Positions 47,449 to 58,604 of a stretch of 64,000 bases of DNA are shown here, piece by piece. The position numbers and the translations under genes were made by a program. The stretch lies in NCBI GenBank assembly GCA_000708835.1, contig DF237405.1:1-64000 (forward strand), in the 5' to 3' direction. How positions within the stretch are numbered: the stretch's first letter is position 1; each line of letters opens with the position of its first letter. This stretch comes from Klebsormidium nitens. Lineage: Eukaryota; Plantae; Klebsormidiophyceae. A model generated the notes under the pieces. The model saw only the letters and a program-made list of their open reading frames with translations. It did no database searches and was not told where the DNA came from.

Positions 47449-50222
47449 ATGGTGAGTAGCACCTGCCTTGTCTACGGCTGGTTCCTTTGATGTTGCGAAT
47501 AATCCTCTAGTGCCTCGTCTGACGTTTCACTCTGAAAAGACTACGGTGCTGCCATCGCATATCTTGGGTCCAAAGGAGAAAGGGGCACGTCTTTTTCTGG
47601 CGCTGGAGCTTACAGGCCTGGATGAGATTGAGATTGTTGCAGCTGGCTGCGCCTCTCAAGTCTGCATCTGTATGCGCATCGCACAAGTTTTTCAGCTTCG
47701 GTAATGGTGAAGTCATAAAGCAACACCTGACATAGTAGCTGTCAATCAATCTCATGCCCTTGAATTCTCTGTTTTGCAGGCTCGTGGTGTGAAGAAGCAT
47801 CTGAAGAGGCTCAATGCCCCGAGCCATTGGATGCTTGACAAGCTTGGCGGAGTGTTTGTGAGCATCTTTGCCTTTTTCTCTCACCGGAAGGGCAGCAGTA
47901 GGACGTGAGGGCAAAGAAGCTTTGTCACACGGCACTTGTTGCTTAGGCTTTCGAATGTTTTTATATCACATGGTAATGGTGTGGTCGACAGAATCTGCAG
48001 CTGCACTGTACTGTCTGCGCGGGTCAATGATTTCAAAATTAGATGTCCAAATTAGATTCTTTAGCAGCGCCCGGTATTTTTGATGCATTTGGCGCCAGCA
48101 TCAGTTGTACAGATGGTTGGGCAACAGGTGTTTGCAAGAACGATGAATAGCCTGTTCCGCTGGGAAGAGGTTCCTTGGTCTTTACCAGCAACACATGGCA
48201 GAGGGGCCAGGACAGATTGCTTGCTCAACCTTGGAGATTGAAATGGAACGCAAAGAGGTTGGAGAGGGTTGGCTCGCGTCAGACCGCTGCTGTCTCAGCG
48301 ACGTTCAAGCGGGGTTAAAGGGGACAGGCAGAGTTCTAGTCGACATAGCATTTCTTAGAGGACCTTGGGGATACTTCATGGTGGAGAATTGGGGAACAGG
48401 GGGACATCGCATGGAGCCCTGCCCAAAGCTTTATCAACAAACGTCGCGACGGCACTTTCAGAAGGGGCGAGGAGAGTGTTCGTTCAGGACTGTGCTAAGA
48501 AGTGGGAAAACCTACGATCTTTTGTAGAGCTGATGTTGGTGTCTTTGCACACCTTTTCAGGCCCCCAAGCCGTCCCCTGGTCCCCACAAGGAGCGCGAGT
48601 GCCTCCCTCTCATCCTCATCCTGAGGAACAGGCTCAAGTATGCCCTTACTGGCCGTGAGGTGACGGCAATCCTCATGCAGAGGCTGGTGGAGGTGGACGG
48701 CAAGGTCCGCACTGACAAGACCTACCCGGCAGGCTTCATGGGTAAGCAGCCAGGGCCATGCGCCGGCGCCGCCCTTTGGAGTGTGCTGTCAGTCGGTCCC
48801 AGCTTCCTTTCCATTCCTTGCCTTCATGTTCTAACTGTAGGACAAGCCCTCAGGACCAGTGCTTGATCAAGTCAAGATAGTTGTCATGGTCTGAGCGCAT
48901 CTCGGCAGGCGGGACACAGCAAAAAAGTATCTTTGCAAGGTGCGGAGCCCTTGTGGCAGAGATTGTCCCTTGTGGACATCAGGAGGAAAGGGACCATCTC
49001 TGCCGTAGTAGTGTCAGCAAGGTCCCGGAAAAAGTTTATCACCACCAAAAGGCGCACCGAAGATGTTTAGAGCCAAGTATGCCCAAGGCACTTACAGCGG
49101 CTGTAATGTCATTGGGGCATCAGTCAACATCTCGCACTGAGGTTGCTATCTGCTCATTCACAGATATCATCCACATTGCCAAGACCGACGAGCACTTCCG
49201 TCTTCTGTACGACTCCAAGGGGCGCTTTGTGACCCACAGGGTCACTGCTGAGGAGGGAAAGGTGAGGCCAACGCACAGCATCAAGTTTCTCAATCATGGC
49301 ACAAAGACGGGAGGCTCGCATGCACCTGGCTGGCATTAGAGGCGCTGGAGCTGTTGGCAGCTCTTGGGCCGTTGATCAATGGATAACTTGTCAGCCGTGA
49401 GCGCTGTACTGACATATCCTGCTTGGGTGGTTGTGTGCAGTACAAGCTGGCCAAGGTGCGCGCCCAGAAGGTTGGCGACCGCGGCATCCCGTACATCTCC
49501 ACCTCCGACGGGCGCACCATCCGGTACCCGGACCCGTTGATCAAGGTCAACGACACGGTCAAGATCGATATTGAGACCGGCAAAGTGATTGACTTCATCA
49601 AGTTCGATGTGGGCAACATCGTCATGGTCACGGGAGGGCGTAACAGAGGGCGAGTGGGGATCCTGCAGGTGAGGCGGGCAAACAGAACGTGGGCATCATG
49701 CATCCGGCAGCCTTTAAGAGGATCGCACTGGCGTCCGTAACCAAGTCATAATTCTGTGCATCGGTTTTTCCTGCATGTTTGTCTTGTCTCTGAAGTGCCG
49801 GCTCGCTAGCTTTGCAATGCCGATGGGGTTGCATGGGATCACAGAGATTGGTTTTCGTGTTCTGCAGAAACACATCCTTGTATTTGGACTTCCATCCCCT
49901 GAACATTCCGCCGAGGAATCTCGATTGGTTCAATCTGCCGTTTCTTGGGTTTCTCCCTGGAGCGTCTTGTTTCTTGAGGCAAGTAGGTGACGTCTGTTTG
50001 TTCCTGCGTGTGCAGCACCGTGAGAAGCACAAGGGGAGCTTCGACATTGTGCACATCAAGGATGCGGCGGGCCACCAGTTCGCCACGCGGCTGACCAACA
50101 TCCAGCTCATCGGTTCGGGCACCAAGCCGTGGGTCAGCCTGCCCAAGGGCAAGGGTATCAAGCTCTCCATCGTCGAGGAGGCCAGGAAGGCACGGGCGGG
50201 CGCGGCTAAGGTGGCGGCATAA
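47449..50222 (+). CDS. RPS4: 40S ribosomal protein S4 (eS4), 6 exons; first coding exon is the ATG alone
   Basis: ATG|GTGAGT at 47449, then [42 protein letters not shown]...[13 protein letters not shown]...[12 protein letters not shown]...[11 protein letters not shown]...FATRLTNI...[11 protein letters not shown]. Confidence 0.98.
48952..49134 (+). ncRNA. Two strong stem-loops in RPS4 intron 3 (possible intron-encoded structured RNA)
   Basis: GGCAGAGATTGTCCCTT (48955-48971) pairs with AAGGGACCATCTCTGCC (48988-49004), 16 of 17 bp. A second stem is ATGCCCAAGGCACTTACAG..CTGTAATGTCATTGGGGCAT (49079-49120), with an outer GATGTT/AACATC stem. Confidence 0.25.
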
Positions 50223-51317
50223 GCGACCGTTCAGCAGGGAGAAACTGGGCTTGGGATGAGGGACAGTTGTATATGAACCGAAACTCTGTCTGCAACCCCG
50301 TGCCCTCGAGCATGTTGCACTCGCTTCCCCCGCTTGTTCTTTATACTCAAATGATCATACGACGCGTGTCATCAGCGACTGGTTCACATGATTCTTAGTG
50401 ATTGCCGCATGATTGATTCACATAGATCGAGGATACGTCGTCTGCACTTCATCTTATATATGAGTCATTGCATCGAACAGCTTGATGTTTTTTTAGATTC
50501 AATTTTATGGTTTTGAACATGCGTGTGCTTACATTGACATTGGCCTCGAGCTATCATACGCTCATGCAGTACACCTTGGTCTCTATTTGTTGCAAGAAAT
50601 ACGGCTTCTGCATAAAAGGGGACCGTGATCATGTTCGAACAGCTAAGTGAAAAATGATTGCATGTGCAGCCGCCCGGGTAGATATACAGTAAGACGAAAT
50701 CATTAGATTGTGTACACTGTACTTTCTGTACACTCCCGGTTGTGAATCTTCAAGCAGACTTCACCAGTGCATTTGACAGGTCATCTTCGATCACAGAAGA
50801 CAACACTGAGCTCGATGTTCATCAGGTTCATCATGTACTATACCATGCTATATTAGCACGTACCATACATCAATCACAGGAATGGGTCAACTGCATGCGC
50901 CATAATGCACTGCGGCATGCATTAGGAGTAGGATTCAATTCAAAGCTTGCATGAAGCAACTATGCTAGTCAAATAGCACGAAGATGACAAAGGACAGAGC
51001 TATTCAGGTTATCCAACTCGAAAGTTTGCAGGCCCTTTCAAAATTCAGATTTTCATGCAAGACATATCGGTCCGACCTAATCTGAACGGTTTTTCGACGG
51101 CACCTCCTAATGGTGCCCTTCTCCTTGATCACAATTCAAAATTGCGTCTCGTTACTTGCAGCTTGTACACATTGATACAATCCTATGTCTCTCTCCCGGT
51201 GCCAGAATAGTGCTCCCGATGTATACGTAAGATCGGTTATGCGCAAGCCTTGATGTCGGTGTCTGATCCTGCAACGAACTGTGTCTACCACTGCCTAAGT
51301 TGACGTCAAGTATCCGC

Positions 51318-53633
51318 TTATTTGTTCTTGACGAGCTCCACCTCTTTGAGTTCCAGGGCAAAGCCCTTCCCCGTCTTCCAGTAGTCAGACAGCGGATGTA
51401 TACCACCTTCGGGGGGTTCGAAATCCTGAGAGCAGACAAACGAGCCGCCACCTTTAGCAGATCATGGGTCCACGTCTTAACTTCAAAAGTAACTTTGTCG
51501 ATTAAATTCGGCTGCAGGACAGGCGTGAAAAAGGGAAGCTTGTCTAGAACGATTTCAGGAGAACCCGCAAAGTCGATGTGTTATGAAGCGCGCTCGCCAA
51601 GCCCACAGAGTCTCAACACCAATGTTTTGCGTAAGTCGAAACATCTCGCGCCTGAGGGACAGATTGCAGTGTGGAAGAGGAAACACTCGCACAAATGATA
51701 AACCATGAGCGAGCCTGGGACACGTCAACGAACACCTCCAGCCAAACCCTTCAAAAATCCCTTTCTGGACCGCCGAAAACTGGAGTCCTCGGCTTTCCCC
51801 TGTTGATATACACAATTGGGTTGTGATCTAGGTTCAAAGCGAAATTTCTTTGCCTAGAACTTTCTCTCCCGTGGTACTTCAAGAGGGTCCGTCAGTCCTT
51901 GACAAAGCAATTTGCCATGCGTCTCGTTTAACCTAAGCGTTTCGTTTCTACTCTCTAAACTCCCGTGCGTTCTCTCCGCGAGTGCAGAATCAGAACAACC
52001 CGCCGAGCTTCCGATTTGAGAGAGCGGTGTTGAGATGCTTTGAACCCGCTCACCCGCCGTTCCTCTTCCTTCTCCTGTGTCGAGATGCCGTAGCGCTTGT
52101 CGCGCGCGGCCACCAGGTCCGCCGGCACGGGGGCCTGCTCCTGCGGTGACGTCATGAGCGCGGGCACGCCCAGCGGGAGGCTGTGCTTGTCGGTCTGCCA
52201 CGTGTTCCAGAACTTGCCGTACGTCTTGGCCATCTTGGGCAGCAGGCCGCGCTCCGCCGCAGACGGCACGCCCGGCAAGACCCACAGCCCGGTGCGGATC
52301 TCGAAAAAGTGTGAGTGCCACAGCTTCTTCTCCTGAAAACGGAGGGGACCACGAGTCGGACATAATTCGAAGGAAATTCTTGTCCCGGAGTGGGGGTAAG
52401 ACTTCGCTCATGTCGACTGCTTTTGGCAGAAAAAGCCGCCTTGCACAGGGCTGGCGTGTTCATCGATCTTGACTTGCTAGTCGATTTCCGGATATTGTTT
52501 TGATAAAAAAGAAGAAACGTGCGCAGAGCGCAATGCTGACAATTGTATAGCGGCCAATCGAACGGAACAGAGAAGAAGAGCCACACTGATTGGTGACCGA
52601 TCGAAGTTTCGAAAGGCTCAATGAGAATTGGGGAAGAAGGGGCATACCTCGTCTGGCAAAGTGTGGAACAACTTCTCAGACACCACATACTCCACGCCCA
52701 CAATCCTGCATACAAAGAAGAGAGTAAGATACACGAAGTTACGGTAAGCAAGAGCTAACAAACCGTTAAAGCAATTGATCAAGACCCTCGTTTCCAAGAT
52801 GCAATTGGCTCGATTGAACAGAGTGTATCAACATACTCGTCAAAAGAATTAGGTTGTCTCTGGCTTAGGAAAACGAGTAAGTGGTACCAGTACAGCAGAA
52901 GGTATTATCAGAGCGCCAGAGCGGCTGCAGAAACGGACAGGAAGCTTGAATAGCAGAGGTCAAATCCAATACACCGACCACTCTCACTCTCACTCTCCCC
53001 CTCCCCTCCCGCCCCTGCCCCTGCAAGCTGTTCCCCAGCTCTCCCCTCTCCACCCCCCCCCCACACTGGTCCTTTTAAGTGGGCGTGTCGGGGCAGCTAC
53101 CTGGCATCCTTTTTGTCTGAATCATAGACGACGCACTGGAAGAAGTCGTCATTCACTGCTGCCACGTGGTGGTGGGTCTCGATGCAGCGGCTGGGGTTGT
53201 CATGGAACATCGCCCAGGTGCACACGTGCTGGTTGATCTGGCGCAGACAATCACAGCGGTGAGAAACAGAGCACAGGTTTCGAACATCACATGCAACTTC
53301 TAGCTAGCCCTGAATGATCAGGAGAGATCTTCACCAAGGACGAAGGGTGTAGTGACCAGCTGAAGTATTCAAAGAATTGACTGATTGAACATTCGTCAGA
53401 ACATTTCTTTAGGTACTGAAGGACCGCCAATATAAGTCTTCTGTTTTGAGCCTGTCCCCCCAAGCTGCCCCCACCTGGTTGATGGGCTTGAAGCTCTGCA
53501 TGACGGCCGCACCCGTCTCCAGCACGGCCGTCCCGGTGCTCTTCTGCTCCCCGGGCACATTCTCCCCGCCCCCAGCCGAGCCGTGCGTCCGCACGTGCTC
53601 GCGCTGTGTGGTGCTGTCGGGCCCGCTCGACAT
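51318..53633 (-). CDS. OBAP: Oil body-associated protein (OBAP / DUF1264 family), 5 exons
   Basis: GENVPGEQKSTGTAVLETGAAVMQSFKPINQINQHVCTWAMFHDNPSRCIETHHHV...QCVVYDSDKKDARIVGVEYVVSEKLFHTLPDEEKKLWHSHFFEIRTG...TYGKFWNTWQTD...LPLGVPALMTSPQ...HPLSDYWKTGKGFALE. Confidence 0.93.
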
Positions 53634-53861
53634 CCTCGTAGCTTGCCTGCTTAGAAGCTACGTCTTCGACCAAAGAGCCAAGGTGCCTTCGAAGCTCAGA
53701 CAGAAGATAAGCGGCGAAAGATCGGTTGATGCGAGGACCCCACGAACAGTGCTTTATGTGTCTTCGGCGTCCTCCTGACCAGAGGGGCGCTAGCGGGAGG
53801 CCTATCGTATCCTAGCTGAGAGCTCCAGTGTGAAGGTCATTCTCGGAGCCGCTCCTCGGGC

Positions 53862-53959
53862 GCATGCAATTGCATGCAGGCGGACCCTCTTTGAGCCGGC
53901 GCGTGGCACAGTAAAGCACACGGTGAATGTACGCACGCGGTCCCGCGCGCGGTACGTGC
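53862..53959. promoter_or_regulatory. RY-like palindrome plus ABRE/CE3-like motifs in the OBAP / TPR-MBL divergent promoter
   Basis: GCATGCAATTGCATGC at 53862-53877 (two CATGCA cores), CGCGTGGC at about 53900-53907, ACGCG at about 53935 and TACGTGC at 53953-53959. Motif match only. Confidence 0.3.
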
Positions 53960-54195
53960 AAGCTGCCGGCCGCGCAAGCCGGCGGCAGCGCCATCGATCT
54001 GCGGGGATCCCGGAGAACAAGCTTTGCGGCAGTTTGCCTTCTCGCAAGAGAAAGCTGCGCATCTGCATATGCTTTCTGATAGCTCCTCCATCGCTTCAAT
54101 TTCAGCCTTGGAGCCTAGCGAAGGTCAGGAAGAGGTGATAGACGCATTGCCTTTGTGTACCGAGCCATCGCGTGCTCCATTGATTCAGCAATCAG

Positions 54196-57100
54196 ATGGA
54201 GGATCTGAAAAAGAAAGGCAATGAAGCTGTTGCGAAAGGAGACTTTCAAAAGGCAGCCGACTTCTATGCAGAGGCATTCAAGTTCGTTCAGCCAGGCAGC
54301 GAAGCAGCTGCAGCATTGCACAGCAACCGCTCGTACGCCCTTCTAAAATTCGGCAAGGCTACTCAGGTAGGCACCACTGAGCTGAGCTTTCTGATGACAT
54401 GGACAATTCTGCTGTCCTTCGTATCCTCAGGTTCCTGTGCAATTGGTTACAGTCGGCCATGTTGAAAAGGTGCCTGTAGTTTGCAGAATAGTCTCGGATC
54501 CTGGTGGCACTGATGCTGGTTGCAGAGTCTTGCTTGAAGTTGACTTGGTTTTTGTCGTGCCTCTAGGCAGCTGAAGAGGCGGGCCGCGCAGTCACCTGTC
54601 GGCCAGAATGGAACAAGGTATGGTCCTCTGCTTAATGTGCACCACTCCACCATCAGTTTGATTTGGACGTTTGATTTGGCTGAGGTCTTACAAGCAAGAA
54701 AAAGTTTGTTCAGATCGTTCGTGCATTGACCCTGTGCTGCCACTACTTTGATGAAAGGGCCGATATGAGTCATGTGTAACTGAATGTGTGCTAGAACGTT
54801 GTGCCTCAACATCTTCAACTCTGCCACACATGCGCTCTCACATGCATGGAGCTCAGTTGATAGGGGAATTGTTGTATGCAGGGTCACTTCCGCCTTGGAG
54901 AAGCCTTGTTTGCACTGGAGGACTTTGACGGCGCAGAAAAAGCATTCGCAAGGGCGCATGAGCTGGCAAGTACCTGTGCCCAAAGTTTGCAGCTCCTGAG
55001 TGATTGAGTGCTTCGAAAGGTTGGCTGATCAAGTGATGGTCCAATGAGGGTGACTGTTTCTTGCAACTTGGTCTTTGGTTTTTGTGCCCACAGTTTTTGT
55101 GTCTTCTGAGAATGTCAGGTCCATTTTGTTCCTTGCTCCTTGTGAAGCATTGATCTGGAGCTCTGCTTGACCACCAGCGGCACTTGTGCAGGCTCCAGAT
55201 GACGCCCATGTGCGGGGAAGACTGCAAGCGTGCAAAGAAGCAAACAGTGGCTACTTCTTCAGGCAGGCAAGTAGGCTTTACGTCAATCGTTTGAGGTTTG
55301 AAAGAAAGACGTGCACTTCGATAGAGCTGTCTATGGATCCTAACCTGGAAAGCTGGGTGACTGGCCTGGGAGTCTGTCTATGGTATGTACTGGTGCCTTT
55401 CATACCATCGTCATTCCCTCTTTCTCAGCCGGTGCGAGTTGGTGTTTGCAGTTGTTCGCCGGTCGAGACTTTGCCGTCGGCACTGGCGGCATGCTCAACT
55501 TTGTGCAGAACCAGGTCTTCAGTGCGGCTCAACAGATGCGCAACTTCAGCTACCTGGTAGGCGACACTCAGACGCGCGAGTGCGTCGTGGTGGACCCAGC
55601 GTGGGATGTCAAGGTGCGGGAGCCCGTTCTCAGAGTCACTGTTACAGAAGGATTCTGTTGTCCTCTATGGAACTCAGCATTGCCACGATGAGGATGTAAC
55701 AGATCAGTATGTCATCACCTGTGCGCCGATTGGGCAAGGTGAAGATGGATACCGGACAGGTCCAAGATCGTACCTGAAAAAATGACGGCGGCCGTCCCAA
55801 CCAACCAACATTGTAACTACCAATGGGGTCAGCGCTCTTACCAGCAACTTCTGCAAAGCACCTTTTTAGTATGAATCCAGACATCACCATCTAACAAGTA
55901 AGTTGACATTCAAAGGCAGAGGAAAAGCCTAGCAACCTCAAGCCGATTTAGTCCAGTTGTCATTGCACAGTGAAGGTTTGTTGCTGCTCTTCAAAGACCG
56001 ATCTCCCGTGTGCATCTGTTGCAGGCCATCCTGGCCCGTGTGGAAGCGGAGCACATGAAGCTGGTGGGCGCCATAGCGACCCACTATCACTTCGATCACA
56101 CCGGGGGGTTGCCGCCACCGCCGTTCGACTCCCTGGGAATCCGGCTGGCGGGGGTCAAGGAGGTGGCGGAACAAGCCAAGGTGCCGGTGAGCGACGGGCC
56201 ACTGAAACGGCAGGGGCCGGAGTCTATTGACTTGAAGCTTGGCGCTGACGTGGATATTGTTTTTAAATTCGTCGCCGGTAGCACGAGAGTCAGTAGGTAG
56301 CACAGGACTTGTCTGACGGCAGCCGTATGTGCGTTTCGCTTGGGAGACAGAGTGCATTATTATGAGCAGCTGGGCTGACATGTCACAATTGATCTAACGT
56401 TCTCATAATCTTGGGACAGGTGTACGTTCATCGGGACGATGCAGCCACCATTCGGGAGAAGAACCGGGTTCCCGCATCGTCGATCCACGAAGTGCAGGTA
56501 CCTTCTTTGCTCCTTCCCCTGCTGCGCACATCGTGACATGCTTGTTTACGGGGTCCTCCATCTTCGAGCGAGCTAGCCTGCTGTCTAAAGAACCAGTCCA
56601 TCTACGTATTCAAGTTACAGGTTACCGTCTCAAGGCAATGTCCTTCCGAGACAAGCCGCTGCAGTGCCTGCTCCTTGAGGCGTGAAGGCATTCTGCTGTG
56701 CAGGACGAGGAGACTCTGCGCGTGGGGCGCGTCGAGCTCAAGTTCCTGCATACCCCGGGCCACACCCCGGGGAGCATGTGCGTGCGGATCAAGCGGACGC
56801 CGGACGACGCAACTGGCGCCCTCCTCTCGGGCGATACTCTGTTCATAGGAAGGTAAGACTGCTTCTCTGCGTCCGAGCTGCTGACACGATGGAAGAAGAG
56901 CAGTATTTCGCTGTAGCCACCAGGAGTCGGAAAGCAATATGTTTGTCCATGTGAGGTCGCTCTGCAGCAACTTCCGCAGTGCCAGGACAAGCCTTCCTTC
57001 CAACGTTGATAGTAGTAGCTGTCTTTTCGCACGTCGCCGCTTCAGGAATGATTGAGGGGCACTCCAGGGCTGAGATCTGGCTCCCCGCCTGCAGCTGTGG

Positions 57101-57532
57101 CCGGCTGGATCTCCCTGACTGCGACCAGATGGCCATGTACAGCAGCCTGCAAAGGAAGCTGGCCACCCTGCCAGACGATACAAGGTACGCGAGCTTGGAC
57201 GGAGGCTTTCCGCACTGAATTTCATGGTACAGGCGAATCCAAATCCGTGACAACCTCTAGCTTATGTTTGATCACGACGTTGCTATCTCCTCTTGCTTGG
57301 CAGTGGCCAACCATTGTATGTGGTCAGGTACATGTCGTTCCTTGCGAAGCCGTCGGATTGCATGTGGCGGCCATTATTGGGAGAACGATGCTCATTTACT
57401 CTTTGATTCTGCAGGGTGTACCCAGGTCATGATTACGGTGGTAAGTTCACAACTATTGGCTCCGAAAAAGCACGGGGCCTTTTACGGCCACTGTCAGAGG
57501 GCCAGTGGAAGGCTATGCACAGTAAAATCTGA
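54196..57532 (+). CDS. TPR-domain / metallo-beta-lactamase-fold (glyoxalase II-like) fusion protein, 9 exons
   Basis: TPR exons: LKKKGNEAVAKGDFQKAADFYAEA, HSNRSYALLK, RPEWNKGHFRLGEALFALEDF. These splice in frame to an MBL domain with THYHFDH, HTPGHTPGS, SGDTLFIGSCGR and VYPGHDYG, ending MHSKI* at 57532. Introns 3 and 4 use GC donors. Confidence 0.9.
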
Positions 57533-58604
57533 GGAGATTGCCAGAACCAGCTTGACGAGCTTCAACAGCTTCTAGATCAAGCGGCCAGCGGGCGTAACAA
57601 ACTTATACATAGACCAGAATAAAGCAGGCAGCTGTAGCAATGGTCCGAGCCTGAGTATGGGCCTTGTGTAACAGCGTTTGAAAGCACGCATCTGATATAG
57701 CGGCCCAGGAGGAATGTGCAATAGTATGTAGGTGCAATATATTCATTGGTGTCCTAGCTGAAGGTGATAGGTGTAACGTTATACCAGCCCAAATACAAAT
57801 CTGAACCCTTCGTCCTTGATCGATCTCAGCCTGATGGTCGACTAAAGCTTAGCATGTCACATCATGTCGATTCACTAGGTGCAATATATAATATATGGCG
57901 GGTGCAATCTTTCGAACTTCTCAAAACTCTACCGCGAATAAATTTGGTGATTCTGATAACATGCCGTTAACAACATAATCAAGCATGTGCACATGGATTG
58001 CAGGGATATTACGTACCATGCAAGTTGCAACACTATGATATGGCGCGCCGCTGTCTAGCTGCATGATGCACATGGCGGTGCATCAACGTGGCATGCTGGC
58101 CGCGCGGGGACGGCACATGCATCGCAAGGTACATATTGTTAAGTCAGCCTGCACGCATGGAAACTGCTTCCAACGATCGACATCTTTCCAATGTTTTATA
58201 TGCCAGACGGCCTCGTACCCATACTGCAAGCTACTGGAGGGACTTGCAGCGGGCATGGTGTATGCGCTGACCAAAACTGTATTGACCACTGCAATGCTCA
58301 AGGGCTTGCAAAGCACGTGACCCGTTGCTATTGTGCCACAGGACTTATGGATTGCTTCGCAACCACAGCGAGTCGACTAGACCCCCAGAGGTGATGGGCC
58401 ACCATACATAGCGTGCCCCCCTCATTTAATATCGTCAATGGTGGAGGGGCGAGCTTGTTTCTCTCGTCTTCTGTCTTTGAATCGCTTGCAAAGCAGGCTG
58501 AGATGCCCGATCGTTGAGCCTCGTGTATTTGACAGAGGTGGAACTATGTAGTCAACTCGACATTTTGGATTTGTAGCGCTTTTTGAGCTGGACTAAGATG
58601 ATAA

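Noticed and set aside
10708-50222. Apparent cluster of ribosome-related genes (TBL2, RPL4, WDR12, RPS4)
   Set aside because: They are interleaved with unrelated genes in mixed orientations, and such housekeeping genes are common enough to co-occur by chance.
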